Assembly (NCBI GenBank): GCA_964503485.1
Contig: CAZDBH010000001.1
Location: forward strand, 2,888-66,887
Source of the DNA: an uncultured Bradymonadales bacterium
GTDB taxonomy: Bacteria > Myxococcota_A > Bradymonadia > JAFGEP01
DNA length: 64,000 nt
Direction: 5' to 3'
The translations under genes were made by a program, and so were the position numbers. Below the pieces are notes generated by a model, which saw only the letters and a list, made by a program, of their open reading frames with translations, was not told the DNA's origin and made no database searches. Positions 49,649 through 60,173 of this stretch are shown in pieces (position 1 is the stretch's first letter; each line of letters begins with the position of its first letter).

Positions 49649-50461
49649 ATGACTCAAATGGCTACTCCAACACACTCAGACTCAAATACGCCGGGCCCAG
49701 ACGATCTCTTCGACCGCCCAGCAACCAATCCCCAGGGTGAATCGAACAGCAGGAGACTGCTGAGCGAGGTCCTGGCTGAAACGGGCCGGGAAGCACAGCA
49801 CGAAGAGCAGGCCGCCCGATCCGAACTGGCGCGATATCGCGAAGCCTGCCACCGCCGACAGGTGGCAGCCGACGTAGAGCGCAAAGAGGCAGTGCAGGAG
49901 TCATTTCGGCGGGAGCTTCGGCGTCAGCGCCGCGCCGCGACCATGCGAACGAGAGAACTGGCCGCGCTGCTGGGAGAGCCGAATCAGACGATTTCGGCCG
50001 TCACGAGGCCCTCAGGCGAGTTCTACGCGACTGCCATAGCCCCAAAAGTGGTACCTGAACGGCGTGGTGCTCGGCCAGCTCGAACCAAGGGGCCGTGGGT
50101 GCTGGGTTCGCTTGCAGCAGTTCTTCTTGCGACGTTGCTCATCCCCTCAGTGGTTTCTGGTTCCACGCCAATGCTTGGCGCTCCCTTGGCGAAACAGAGC
50201 GTTCAGATGGCCCAACCGGCAAGTTCCAATCTGCAAGCAGTCGGCGTAGTGCTCGTGGCGGAGACCGATTCCGTGGCTACATCCGAGACAAGCGAGAGCG
50301 AGGACCGTTCATCATCCCGTCGCGACAGGCGCCGTAGCCGTCAAAACAGCGAAGTCCGGACCGAACATCCGGACGGCGTTGCTGGGCACCAGAGCGAGAG
50401 AACGGTTCTCGAGGACATTTCCCTAGACGGAAGCGACATATTCAGCCGCGGAAGCGAATAG
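49649..50461 (+). CDS. Hypothetical membrane protein (Arg-rich cytoplasmic N-terminal, one TM, Ser-rich C-terminal)
   Basis: ORF with a charged helical N-terminal region, the TM VLGSLAAVLLATLLIPSVV and a Ser/Asp-rich tail. Confidence 0.35.
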   Translation: MTQMATPTHSDSNTPGPDDLFDRPATNPQGESNSRRLLSEVLAETGREAQHEEQAARSELARYREACHRRQVAADVERKEAVQESFRRELRRQRRAATMRTRELAALLGEPNQTISAVTRPSGEFYATAIAPKVVPERRGARPARTKGPWVLGSLAAVLLATLLIPSVVSGSTPMLGAPLAKQSVQMAQPASSNLQAVGVVLVAETDSVATSETSESEDRSSSRRDRRRSRQNSEVRTEHPDGVAGHQSERTVLEDISLDGSDIFSRGSE

Positions 50462-50479
50462 GCCGAGTCGGCGCTTGCA

Positions 50480-51142
50480 GTGAACGAATGGCTGAAGCAG
50501 AATGCGCCCAGCTCTGCTGCCAACCGGAAGTCCACAAATATGACAAGCCAGACCCTGACACTCGACGATCTCATGGGCATGAAATCCAAAGCCCTTCGAG
50601 CTGTGATGGATGCAGGCCACCCTTTGGACGAATCCGTCTTGGCCGACTCCCAATACCTCGGTGTTGATCTCAGCCTGCCCGGCTTCATGCGCAAGATTCT
50701 GTGGCACACCTTTCGGAAGTGTTTCCACCGTGACCCAGAGAGCAACGTGCTGCGCGGCTGGAACGTCAAGATGGAGCAGCATGGTATCGATGGTCCCGCG
50801 GTTCCGCTGACCGACAGAAAGGAACGACAGGTGACCTTCGGGCACTACCATGTGAAATCTGCCGAGAACGTGAAATTCCCGAAAGGGTGGAAGGGGCCGA
50901 ACTTTCTCGACTACACAGCGGCCGGTAACAAGTTCCTCGATATGGCCAGACTCGGTTACACACCATTAATCGCGGTCAATGAGGGTTCCAGCGAATTACT
51001 CCTAGGCTGGGAGATCTTCAAACTAGGTCCTCTGTTTCTGCCCTTGCCGCTTTTTTGGGCGTTGCGACGGCAGGGTCCTCTCGAGGTGGTTGTTCCGGTG
51101 CCGAAACCAAAATCGGTTCCCAGGCCACAGCTGACCGAATAG
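50480..51142 (+). CDS. Hypothetical protein
   Basis: 220-aa ORF of coding-like composition; no motif recognised. Confidence 0.4.
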   Translation: MNEWLKQNAPSSAANRKSTNMTSQTLTLDDLMGMKSKALRAVMDAGHPLDESVLADSQYLGVDLSLPGFMRKILWHTFRKCFHRDPESNVLRGWNVKMEQHGIDGPAVPLTDRKERQVTFGHYHVKSAENVKFPKGWKGPNFLDYTAAGNKFLDMARLGYTPLIAVNEGSSELLLGWEIFKLGPLFLPLPLFWALRRQGPLEVVVPVPKPKSVPRPQLTE

Positions 51143-51293
51143 ATCGCGCAGCGACCAGTTTTCAACTGCGGAATTCGTGAGTCAAAAACCAGCGTTCATG
51201 CGCCTGAGAGACGAATCCGGCTTGACATTATGGGCTCCTTGGTAGAGGACTACCGGAACTTGAAATAGGACCGAAATTTACAGCGAGAAGGCT

Positions 51294-53075
51294 GTGAGCG
51301 CAGACAAAAAGAATCCCGAAACACCGAGTACCGTCGTCGTTCGCAAGAAGACGGGCGAGACTGACATTGCTTCAACGGATGACGCAGCCAATCCCGACAC
51401 GATCGTCGCACAACCGGCGTTGAGTCCGATACCAAAGGTTGCAGCCGAGCCGGCGTCCAGCACCGAAGCGCCTGCTGCCGAGGCCGAAGCGGCACCAGAA
51501 GCGCCCGCAGCCGAAGCCGTTACCGCCGCACCAGAGGCACCTGCCGTCGAAGCCACTCCCGAGCCCGAACCGGTCGCGCCGAAACAAGCCCCAGAGTCCG
51601 AACCCAAATCGAGCCCAGCCCATGCGGCTGCACCCGTGTTGGAAGACAAGGACGAGGAGCTCGACTTCGCTGCAATGCTGGGCAACACCGCCACGGAGCA
51701 AGTCGAGCAGGGAATGATCATCACGGGGAGTCTCGTGGCAGTCTCAGGTGAATGGGCCTTTGTCGATTTGGGCGGAAAGACCGAGGGTCTTCTTGCCGTG
51801 TCAGAGATCAAGGACAAGGAAGGCAACCTGACGGTAGGTATCGGTGAGGCAGTTGAGGCGTTCGTTGTCTCGACCCGCGGTGGTGAAGTCAAACTGTCCA
51901 AGTCGCTGAGTCAGAGCATTCGCGACTACGAGTCGCTACGTGACGTGTACGAAGGCCGGCTGCCCGTCGACGGACGGGTCGTTGGTACAAACAAGGGTGG
52001 ATACGAGGTGATGGTTGCCGGAAGACGCGCCTTCTGCCCCGTCAGCCAAATGGACACTGCGTTCACCGAAGATCCCGAAGTTCACGTCGGAAAGACCTAC
52101 AGCTTTCGCATTACGCAGATGGACGGAAAGGGCAAACGGGTTGTCCTCTCCCGCGCAGCCATCCTCCGCGAGGAGCAACAACGACGACGGGAGGAGCTTC
52201 GAGACCAACTAGAGGTCGGCGCTATCCTGAATGGCGAGGTCAAATCGGTTCAAGACTACGGCGCATTCGTCGATATCGGTGGAATTGAAGGCCTGTGTCA
52301 CGTCAGTGAATTGTCATGGCGCCGAGTTGAGCATCCATCTGAAATCGTGTCTGTTGGCGATCACGTCGAAGTGAAGGTCCTGGGCATCAAGAAGACCGAG
52401 AAAGGAGATCGAATCTCGCTCAGCCTGCGAGCTTCCCAGCCCCACCCGTGGGTTGCTGTGGGCACCAAGTTCGTGGTGGGTGAGACCTACGATGGTAAGG
52501 TGACGCGCTTGCAGCCCTTCGGTGCATTCGTCGAAATCGGACCAGGCATCGAAGGTCTGGTTCATGTCAGCGAAATGTCCTGGGAGAAGCGGATCAATCA
52601 TCCGAGTGAGCTTCTCGAAGAAGGTCAGGAGATTCGTGTCTACCTCAAGAGCATCGATGAAGAACGACAGCGCATCGGTCTGAGCATCAAGGCGCTCGCA
52701 TCCGATCCCTGGTCGGATGCCGCTGAACGCTACGGTGTGGGCATCGCCGTCAAGGGAACGGTCGAGAAAATCGAGTCCTTCGGCATCTTCTTGCAGATCG
52801 AGGGCGGAATCACAGCGCTCATTCCAGGCAGCGAAACCGGTGTAGAAGGCGGCGACATGCGCCGGAAATTCAAACCGGGCCAGGAGCTATCGGGCACCGT
52901 TCTATCCATCGACCCATCAGCACGCCGTATGAGCGTCAGCCTCAAATCCGCTGCCGAAGCGCAGAATATGGCGGAGGTCCGAGAGTACATGAAGGGCCAG
53001 AAGGCTGCTGACGGCGGTGGCAAGAAGGGTTTCGGTACGCTGGGTGACCTGTTTGCCGACCGGCTGAAGAAGTAA
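51294..53075 (+). CDS. rpsA: 30S ribosomal protein S1 with Ala/Pro/Glu-rich N-terminal extension
   Basis: Five S1 domains (for example GAFVDIGGIEGLCHVSEL, GAFVEIGPGIEGLVHVSEM). GTG start with an AGAAGG SD; the first about 130 aa are low-complexity (PEAPAAEA...). Confidence 0.85.
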   Translation: MSADKKNPETPSTVVVRKKTGETDIASTDDAANPDTIVAQPALSPIPKVAAEPASSTEAPAAEAEAAPEAPAAEAVTAAPEAPAVEATPEPEPVAPKQAPESEPKSSPAHAAAPVLEDKDEELDFAAMLGNTATEQVEQGMIITGSLVAVSGEWAFVDLGGKTEGLLAVSEIKDKEGNLTVGIGEAVEAFVVSTRGGEVKLSKSLSQSIRDYESLRDVYEGRLPVDGRVVGTNKGGYEVMVAGRRAFCPVSQMDTAFTEDPEVHVGKTYSFRITQMDGKGKRVVLSRAAILREEQQRRREELRDQLEVGAILNGEVKSVQDYGAFVDIGGIEGLCHVSELSWRRVEHPSEIVSVGDHVEVKVLGIKKTEKGDRISLSLRASQPHPWVAVGTKFVVGETYDGKVTRLQPFGAFVEIGPGIEGLVHVSEMSWEKRINHPSELLEEGQEIRVYLKSIDEERQRIGLSIKALASDPWSDAAERYGVGIAVKGTVEKIESFGIFLQIEGGITALIPGSETGVEGGDMRRKFKPGQELSGTVLSIDPSARRMSVSLKSAAEAQNMAEVREYMKGQKAADGGGKKGFGTLGDLFADRLKK

Positions 53076-53088
53076 TCAATCGCTCCCG

Positions 53089-55329
53089 TTAGAATCGACT
53101 GTCAACACTGAACGCGACGCCAAGACCGGGTGCATCGGTTCCACTTGCGTACAATCGGTACTGCTGATTGGCCAGGTTGGAAAGCGACAGGCGCAGAGCG
53201 GTGTGCTCGCCGATGTCGTAGCCCACCCGCAGCCCGAGATCAAACCATGCTTCGCCTCCGGTGCACTCTTCGCCGACCTCGGTTTGCAGTAGGCCAGGAA
53301 ACTCCGCGGAGCCACATATTCTGAGATCGTCCTTGTCTCCACCGCTCAACTGGTCCTGGGCGGCAGCTCCTTTGATGACCAGATCGGCGAATAGACGATA
53401 ACCTTCCGACTCCCATCGGAAAGCGCCCAGCCAACGCAACGGTGGAACTCTCCGAGCCGGTTCGGTTTCCCCGTCCGAGGTCACGTCACCCTGAATCCAG
53501 GCCGTGTTGCCCCGAACTGAAAATCCGGCGGGAAGATTGAAGACAATGCCCGCTTCGATGCCCGCGTAGACTGCCTCATCCGCATTGATGCGGGTGCGAA
53601 CTTCAGTTCCATCAATCTCAGTTTGACCGTCTAGAGTGGCCTCCTCACGGGTAATGAGGTCATCAATCAGTGTATAGAACCCAGCCAGCTCGAGCTCGAT
53701 GGCGCTGTAACGCAAACGGCCCCCGACCTCAAAGTCGTTCGAGGTTTCGGGCCCGAGTTCGTTGTTCGGGACTTCGAAAAAATTGCCGGTGTCACCGAGC
53801 AGCGTCGTTTCCTGCAGATTAGGTGCCCTAAACCCCTGGGACCAACCGGCAAAGTAGGTCATGTGCGAGCGATCTGTGACCGCCAGCCGGGCGTCGCCCG
53901 AGAAAGCGACGAACTGGTAACCCACGTCCCCCAAACCGGGTACATCCGGAGCGGCGGCACGTGTGTAGTCCAACCGGCCGCCCAAAGTTGGATTCAGGAC
54001 CCACTCTTCTCCGAGCGACACCTCGTAGTCCGATCGAACGAATGCACCCAGCCGACTGTAGTCCGATCCGTCCGAGAAGTTCCCCCGGTCCTGCGGGTCG
54101 GCTTCTAGCGCTTCGGGATCACTCGGATCGACTTCATCCGGCTTGTTGTAGTTGGTTTGAGTCGAGCCGACGAGCGAGTGGTAGGCGTCCAAGCCCCAGG
54201 TGAAGGTCAACTCTTCCAGCGGTGTGCGACTTAGGACCGACAGAGAGGTCCCCAGCGTGAGCACATCGTCGTCGAGCACCCGCAGGCGCCGAATCGCATC
54301 AAAACTCCCAGCGAGGCAGCCGTCGATGTCAGTCGTTGTATTGATTGATTCGCCATCCTCTTCAAAACCATGCACGTCGCTGGTCGCGCAATCGTGTCGG
54401 TTAACCAGCTCGCGCTGGTGGTTGACGCTCAAGGTACCGGTGACCTCCTCGAAGGCGCCTGAGCCCCAGTGGTTGATCCGCAGGTAGGTAAGCAAGTTGT
54501 CGTTGTCGTAGGCCCGGAAGTTGCTGTTGGCAAGACGATCGACTCGTCCCGCGTCGACGATCTGGAGGCCAAACGCGTTGAGACTGATCTCTGTTTCGGG
54601 TTGAGGCAGAAACGCCAGCCGCACATGAGCGCTGCGCTGTTGATACTCACTAGCTGGGACGACGTCATCAGGTGTGTTCAGCTCGCCGAAGAAACTGGCC
54701 GATCCGCCGGCTAAGAACGACCACTGGTCGTTACTCCAACCGAACTCGGGCGCTACCGAGAACCCGGTATCTACGCTTTGGAAAGAAGCTCGTCCGCCTC
54801 CGGTCCAACCCCTGCCAAAAAAGAACCCGCGCGGAACCAGGTGGATTACCCCGCCCATGGCGTCGCTGCCGTACAGAGCTGCTCCTGAACCGCGCAACAC
54901 CTCGATTCGATCGAGGACGTTGGCGTCGAATAGATTGAGGTATTGGTTCGGCCCGGTACGGAAGGTCCCGTTGTTGAATCGAACCCCGTCGAAAACGATC
55001 AGGTTGCCCGGACCGACCTGGCCTCGCATGATTGGCGCACCAGCCCCTCGATTCGTTGATTGGGTGTGCACACCCAGCTCCTCGTCGAGCAAATCGCCGA
55101 TGGTATTCGCTGGCCGCTCGGCCATCTCGCCGGAATCAACCAGACCGGCACTTCGCGCACTCTCGAAAACAGCCTCTTCATGCCGCGATCCGACGACCAC
55201 CGAACTGTAGTCATCCGACTCGTCTGGGGATAATTCTGGAGCGGTCTCGTCTTGAGCCCAGCTCACGCTCGGAGTCCAGAACATCGCCAAGAGGAGCGAT
55301 GTTGAGATTAGTCGTTTGTAGTTAGTCAT
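53089..55329 (-). CDS. TonB-dependent outer-membrane receptor
   Basis: Signal peptide, the plug-domain motif VLRGSGAALYGSDAMGGVIHLV, an approximately 600-aa beta-barrel, and a C-terminal aromatic residue (SVDSRF). Confidence 0.85.
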   Translation of the reverse strand: MTNYKRLISTSLLLAMFWTPSVSWAQDETAPELSPDESDDYSSVVVGSRHEEAVFESARSAGLVDSGEMAERPANTIGDLLDEELGVHTQSTNRGAGAPIMRGQVGPGNLIVFDGVRFNNGTFRTGPNQYLNLFDANVLDRIEVLRGSGAALYGSDAMGGVIHLVPRGFFFGRGWTGGGRASFQSVDTGFSVAPEFGWSNDQWSFLAGGSASFFGELNTPDDVVPASEYQQRSAHVRLAFLPQPETEISLNAFGLQIVDAGRVDRLANSNFRAYDNDNLLTYLRINHWGSGAFEEVTGTLSVNHQRELVNRHDCATSDVHGFEEDGESINTTTDIDGCLAGSFDAIRRLRVLDDDVLTLGTSLSVLSRTPLEELTFTWGLDAYHSLVGSTQTNYNKPDEVDPSDPEALEADPQDRGNFSDGSDYSRLGAFVRSDYEVSLGEEWVLNPTLGGRLDYTRAAAPDVPGLGDVGYQFVAFSGDARLAVTDRSHMTYFAGWSQGFRAPNLQETTLLGDTGNFFEVPNNELGPETSNDFEVGGRLRYSAIELELAGFYTLIDDLITREEATLDGQTEIDGTEVRTRINADEAVYAGIEAGIVFNLPAGFSVRGNTAWIQGDVTSDGETEPARRVPPLRWLGAFRWESEGYRLFADLVIKGAAAQDQLSGGDKDDLRICGSAEFPGLLQTEVGEECTGGEAWFDLGLRVGYDIGEHTALRLSLSNLANQQYRLYASGTDAPGLGVAFSVDSRF

Positions 55330-56044
55330 TTTTCAACCAGGGCTTGTATTTCATCGCCTCAGAAATATGGATGAAGAGGCCCTCAGCTTCGGATAGGAGA
55401 ACGCCGTTATGGCTGCATCGACCCTTTGTGTAGATCTTGCGGCCCTCTACACGCTCGGTCCACGCTTCGAAGGTTAGCTCCTGATGGAGCGGTGTTGGCT
55501 TTCTATAGTGAATGGTCAAACTCGCGGTGGGGCCACCGGTCGCTCCTGCAATATTTGCTATGGCGAGCAGCTGATCGTAGACCCCCGCGATAATCGAGCC
55601 GTGCAGACATTGGTTGGGCCCCTCGTACGCTTCGCCAAAACTGGCCCGTCCGATCAGTTTTGAGTCCACAAACTCGAGTTCCACAGGAGGCGCCATCGGG
55701 TGGTAGTAGCCTGTAATCGGGCTGTAGGGTAGCACCGCGTTGGGTTGGTCGATCTCGAAGGGGCCAAACTTGTCCATTGGCTTACCTACAGCCAGGGCTT
55801 TTGCGTGCTCCAGCGCGCGATCGAGGTCTTCTTCCAGCACTTCGAGATCCCCGATCGAACCAGAGAGCTGAACCGATGCGTCCACGAGGTCTCGCAGCTG
55901 GCCCACTACACGTCTGATTACTGCTTTTGAGTCGGTTCCCAATTCGTTGGTCCTGTGGTCTGCAACTCGCCCTGCCTTTGCCGGCGGCAGTTTTACCGGA
56001 CCGGCCTGAAAGGACAAGAGGCTCGATCCAATGTGCTCGAACAC
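55322..56044 (-). CDS. Hotdog-fold thioesterase (PaaI-like)
   Basis: GPNQCLHGSIIAGVYDQLLAIANIAG resembles the PaaI and 4HBT core. Its stop overlaps the TBDR start. Confidence 0.5.
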   Translation of the reverse strand: MFEHIGSSLLSFQAGPVKLPPAKAGRVADHRTNELGTDSKAVIRRVVGQLRDLVDASVQLSGSIGDLEVLEEDLDRALEHAKALAVGKPMDKFGPFEIDQPNAVLPYSPITGYYHPMAPPVELEFVDSKLIGRASFGEAYEGPNQCLHGSIIAGVYDQLLAIANIAGATGGPTASLTIHYRKPTPLHQELTFEAWTERVEGRKIYTKGRCSHNGVLLSEAEGLFIHISEAMKYKPWLKND

Positions 56045-56113
56045 CTTTTGCGCTTTTGCGCTTTACCCGGGGGGCATTCGCTGGTACCCGCTAGTCATCA
56101 AGGGAGGGTCCCA

Positions 56114-56380
56114 ATGACAGCCCAAAAACAAACACCCGTGAGCGCTATTCTCCTCATACTGTTGGGGGCAGCCATGTTGGTCGGTGCACTGGTCGGCACA
56201 GTCATGCTTTTCGAAGCCGCCCAGAACGCGACTGATCTCTACAGTTCGAGGAGCCCAAACGTCCCCGGTGCTCTGAGTTTTCTCCCGCTCCTCGTTCTCT
56301 ATATCGGGGGTGGCCTCGCGCTGGGTTACGGGCTCTTCCTGCGGCCGGCAAAGAGCAAACCACCGACAGCGACCTCTTGA
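56114..56380 (+). CDS. Small two-TM membrane protein
   Basis: A strong GGAGGG SD sits 6 nt before the ATG; two hydrophobic helices (ILLILLGAAMLVGALVG, LLVLYIGGGLALGYGLFL). Confidence 0.4.
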   Translation: MTAQKQTPVSAILLILLGAAMLVGALVGTVMLFEAAQNATDLYSSRSPNVPGALSFLPLLVLYIGGGLALGYGLFLRPAKSKPPTATS

Positions 56381-56388
56381 CCGGCCGG

Positions 56389-56640
56389 CTAGCGCTCCCA
56401 CGCCTTTGGGCGGCGGTACCGGGACTGGATTCCCAACAGGACGTTGTTGCATTCCTCGAATCGGTTGCGCACAAGGAGCTTCTCGACGGCATCCAAGTCC
56501 ATAACGAGCCATTCCGGCCAGATCAGTTTGCGCAGTTCGCCGAACAGGGCGTTGGCGTTTTTCAGCCGGCTTTCTGCAACTTCTGCTTGGAGCGCACCGA
56601 TCATATCCTGGAACTGCTGTGAGGCGTAATCATTGCTCAT
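56389..56640 (-). CDS. Small hypothetical protein (83 aa), translationally coupled to upstream ORF
   Basis: The ATG overlaps the stop of the 56637..57464 ORF (ATGA). No motif was recognised. Confidence 0.35.
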   Translation of the reverse strand: MSNDYASQQFQDMIGALQAEVAESRLKNANALFGELRKLIWPEWLVMDLDAVEKLLVRNRFEECNNVLLGIQSRYRRPKAWER

Positions 56641-57464
56641 GCTGATACCTCCCCGACAAGCATTCGCAGCTCCGAGACCGAACACTCGAAAAGCTCGACA
56701 TCTGGCGACCCAGCCAGCCGAAGGACGTCATCCTCAACCAAGATGAAGGACTCTGAACCGGCTGACTCGGCAACGTGGTCCGGTTTGCACTCGAATGTCG
56801 CGGGTGGTCGATCGGCCCGCCGGTTGGCAGTTAGCAGAAGGTACCAGTCGTCATTTGTGCGGGCTACCGACGCGTTTTCGAAGCAGGAGAAGAAGTAGAG
56901 TAGGTCGTCTCGGGCCTCTGGGGCGACGGTGTCCGCGGGGATATCGAAAGCAAGCGTTGCAAGAACGTTGAAGACCACGTCCTCACCTTGAAGTTCAGTC
57001 GGATCTGGCAACGGGCCGGGCGCCTTTTGGATCCGATCTCGAAACGCGGCCCAGCGTGAAGCGTCCAACCGACACACTTCTCTCGGTGACGAGGATTGGT
57101 GCCACCGATACCAACACGGCTCTGGCGAGAACTCGACGCAGACCCTGGGACGAGTCGGCTGTTCAAAGAGTGTGCAACGATAGTCAGTCCGGTCCAGTTT
57201 GCTACACGGCGTAATGAAACCGATAGCGTACTCAGCATCCTCACCGATCCAGGCCAACATCGACTCGTACCTCATGTATTCCTCGATGGCATCGAGATCC
57301 TCCTGACCTTCGATGGTGTCCTTCTCGAGCAACAGATACCAACAACAAGGGGCAGAACATGGTGCGCATGGATTTGCCGGTGGCACCACCTCGGCGAGTT
57401 GGGTCCCGATACTTGCGTGGGTACTGAACCAAGGCGGCTGCCCGTATTTTGGCGTGAGAAACAC
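56637..57464 (-). CDS. Hypothetical Cys/Trp-containing protein
   Basis: 275-aa ORF in the gor-prsW operon; no motif recognised. Confidence 0.4.
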   Translation of the reverse strand: MFLTPKYGQPPWFSTHASIGTQLAEVVPPANPCAPCSAPCCWYLLLEKDTIEGQEDLDAIEEYMRYESMLAWIGEDAEYAIGFITPCSKLDRTDYRCTLFEQPTRPRVCVEFSPEPCWYRWHQSSSPREVCRLDASRWAAFRDRIQKAPGPLPDPTELQGEDVVFNVLATLAFDIPADTVAPEARDDLLYFFSCFENASVARTNDDWYLLLTANRRADRPPATFECKPDHVAESAGSESFILVEDDVLRLAGSPDVELFECSVSELRMLVGEVSA

Positions 57465-57533
57465 GTGCCTGATCTAGCGTATTCGTTCGTGTCGGCCAAG
57501 GAAAAGAACGTTTGGTTCAACCTGCTGGCCAGG

Positions 57534-58499
57534 CTACCCTAGGATTGTTCGCAACTCGCCCCGGTATCGCTGGATGTCCCGCTCCACTCGGCCACCAGAC
57601 TTCCCAGAAAGTCGCTGCTGATGTTTCCGAAACGCGAGCATCGTGGCGGCGGCCACGTACCGTTTGCGGTTTCCGGAGGGACTAAACCAGTCCGATCGTC
57701 TCCGTTTTCGCCAGGATGAGATGATCGCAGGGTGAGCAGCGGGAACGACGCCGGCCTGCGCCTCTTCGGTCAGCTCTTCGAGAATGACCCTGCGCTCCTG
57801 GGCCAAGCTCCTCAAGGTGAGTATAAAAAGCAAGGTGCACAACAGAGGAATGAGTGCGAGCGCCGCCATTTGGGAGAAGCCCCCACCCACTCTGAAGACG
57901 AGCGCCCCGTTGAAGAGCGCATGGATGGCCATTGCTCCCAGCAACCCGGCCACCATAGCCCGAAGAATCGTCCCGCTACCGCGGTGTCGAGCCCAACCCA
58001 GGGCCGCTCCGAGCAGTGCCGAGGCCGAGCTGTGCATGAGCGCAGTGAACAGGCCCCTGATCCACACCAACTGCCACCATAGCGTCTCACCGCCCTCGTT
58101 GTAGGCCTGAAGGAAGTAGAGAAAATTCTCAGTGGCGGCGAAGCCCAGCCCGGTCGCGGCGCCGTAAAGCAGCCCGTCGGTCATGTTATCGAAGGACATC
58201 GAGGCCAGCAGAAGGACGAGGATCAGTCCTTTGGCGGGTTCCTCAGTCACCGGCGCCACGAAACTGGCGGCAATCTGGTGCGAGGTGATGTCCAATGCGC
58301 TGATCAACACCTGAGAAGCGATGATTCCACCCAAAATAGCGAGCGTTCCCCCGTATATGAACGTGAGGATCAAGAGCCAGGCAGGCTCCCGCTCGTATCG
58401 GTCGAGCCACCAAAAGAAGCTGATGTAGCAGACGATCGGAGCGATCGCAGCCAGGGCTGAGAACAATATCAGACTTTCACTCATTGGGGCTCTCGCCAA
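57534..58499 (-). CDS. PrsW-family intramembrane glutamic protease
   Basis: Polytopic membrane protein with a PVTEEPAKG (EExxK) motif and an IHALFNG (FxxxH) motif, as in PrsW and the CPBP-related family. Confidence 0.6.
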   Translation of the reverse strand: MARAPMSESLILFSALAAIAPIVCYISFFWWLDRYEREPAWLLILTFIYGGTLAILGGIIASQVLISALDITSHQIAASFVAPVTEEPAKGLILVLLLASMSFDNMTDGLLYGAATGLGFAATENFLYFLQAYNEGGETLWWQLVWIRGLFTALMHSSASALLGAALGWARHRGSGTILRAMVAGLLGAMAIHALFNGALVFRVGGGFSQMAALALIPLLCTLLFILTLRSLAQERRVILEELTEEAQAGVVPAAHPAIISSWRKRRRSDWFSPSGNRKRYVAAATMLAFRKHQQRLSGKSGGRVERDIQRYRGELRTILG

Positions 58500-58666
58500 T
58501 ACGCAGGGTCACATCCTACCCGAACCGGTCTGAGCCGACGAGTAGGAGTGGGAATCCAATGTTGTTTCAGGCGTCAAGCGCCTCCCCCCTTCGGAGGTTG
58601 TTGAAAAGGGATCGTGGGGATCGACGTATCGTTACGTCGACCCTGGCCACCTTCGAGTCGGAAGGC

Positions 58667-60022
58667 TCACATGAGCACAAACTCCTCTGCCGACGAGGGG
58701 TGAACAGCGACGGTTGCGTCGAAATCGGCTTTGGTCGCTCCCATCTTGAGCGCAACGCCGAAGCCTTGAATGATTTCTGGTGCGTCATCTCCAATCATGT
58801 GGCAACCGAGCACTCGATCGGATTCCCCATCAACTAGGAGTTTCATCAATGTTGTCGGTTTTTGGTCAGACTCCAGGGGGGTGTAGAGCATCGGCCTGAA
58901 GCGGGAGCGGTGCACCTGTACTCGATCTCCATATTGCTGCCGAGCCTCCAGCTCAGTCAGTCCGACCGTGCCGATTGGCGGCATCGAGAAAACCGCGGTC
59001 GGGATGTTGTCGTAGGAGACGGGTGCCCGCTTCTGGGCGAAGACGCGGTCCGCCACGTTCCGCCCCATTTTGATCGCCACGGGTGTCAAATTGGCGCGGT
59101 TGATTACGTCGCCGACGGCGTAGATATGCGGCACGGAGGTTACGTGATCCTCATCGACGATTATCTCGCTTCGCGACCCGATCTTGATTCCAATTTCGTC
59201 GAGTCCGAGTTTTTGGGTGTTGGGTCGGCGCCCGATCGCGTAACAAACCGTCATAGAGCCCGACTCCCGATGCTCACCATGCTCATCGGCAAACTCGATG
59301 GTGAGATCGTCCCCGCTGCCGGTAATCCGCTCGACCACTGCGCCCAGGTGCAACTCGACACCTTGTTTGGTCAACGCAGCGGCCAACTCGTCCGAGAGAT
59401 CATTGTCGAACGTGCGCAACAACCTCGAACGCACCAACATCGATACCCGTGACCCGAGAGCTGCGAAGATACTGGCAAACTCGACGGCGATATAGCCGCC
59501 ACCGACGATGACCAGATGTTCTGGAAGCTGCTTCAGCTTCCAGATGCCATCCGAGGTGATGCAGTGTTGTGAGCCAGCGATCGGCGGCGTCATCGGATGC
59601 CCACCGGTTGCGATCATGATGTGCTCGGCGCGATAGGTTGTTCCGGCCACCTCCACTTCGTGGGGTCCGACGAGGCGACCTCGACCTATAAGCAGGTCGA
59701 CGCCGGCGTTTTTCAACCACTTCTGGTGAAGCACCTCGAGCCGCGCAACCTCGTTGTCTCGCATCGCGACCAGGTGCTCCCAACTGTGCTCGCGATTCAC
59801 GTGAGCCCAACCATATCCCTCGGCCAACTGCGATTGCTTGCCGAGGGCGGCGCCGTAGTACATCAACTTCTTTGGCACGCAGCCGCGGATAACGCATGTC
59901 CCACCGACCCGGGAATCCTCGACTATTGCGACCTTTGCGCCATGCGCAGCAGCCCGTTTTGCGCTGGCCAAGCCACCGCTTCCGGCGCCGAGCACGATAA
60001 AGTCATAATTCAAGCTACTCAT
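58667..60022 (-). CDS. gor: Glutathione-disulfide reductase (class-I pyridine nucleotide-disulfide oxidoreductase)
   Basis: FAD motif GAGSGG, redox-active GGTCVIRGCVPKKLM, and the C-terminal HPSSAEEFV dimerisation/His-Glu signature. Confidence 0.75.
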   Translation of the reverse strand: MSSLNYDFIVLGAGSGGLASAKRAAAHGAKVAIVEDSRVGGTCVIRGCVPKKLMYYGAALGKQSQLAEGYGWAHVNREHSWEHLVAMRDNEVARLEVLHQKWLKNAGVDLLIGRGRLVGPHEVEVAGTTYRAEHIMIATGGHPMTPPIAGSQHCITSDGIWKLKQLPEHLVIVGGGYIAVEFASIFAALGSRVSMLVRSRLLRTFDNDLSDELAAALTKQGVELHLGAVVERITGSGDDLTIEFADEHGEHRESGSMTVCYAIGRRPNTQKLGLDEIGIKIGSRSEIIVDEDHVTSVPHIYAVGDVINRANLTPVAIKMGRNVADRVFAQKRAPVSYDNIPTAVFSMPPIGTVGLTELEARQQYGDRVQVHRSRFRPMLYTPLESDQKPTTLMKLLVDGESDRVLGCHMIGDDAPEIIQGFGVALKMGATKADFDATVAVHPSSAEEFVLM

Positions 60023-60173
60023 CTTAGTCCCCTGCTATCGTTCTGGGGAGTGTACGCGTCTGAACCCAAACAAGTCACCTGTTGGGACCGCAGAATGTGG
60101 CCAGATCCTTGACCGTGGAATGGCGTTCCTGTCTCATCGGTTCCATGCGTACCTTCCGAATCCTGGAGCGAAC

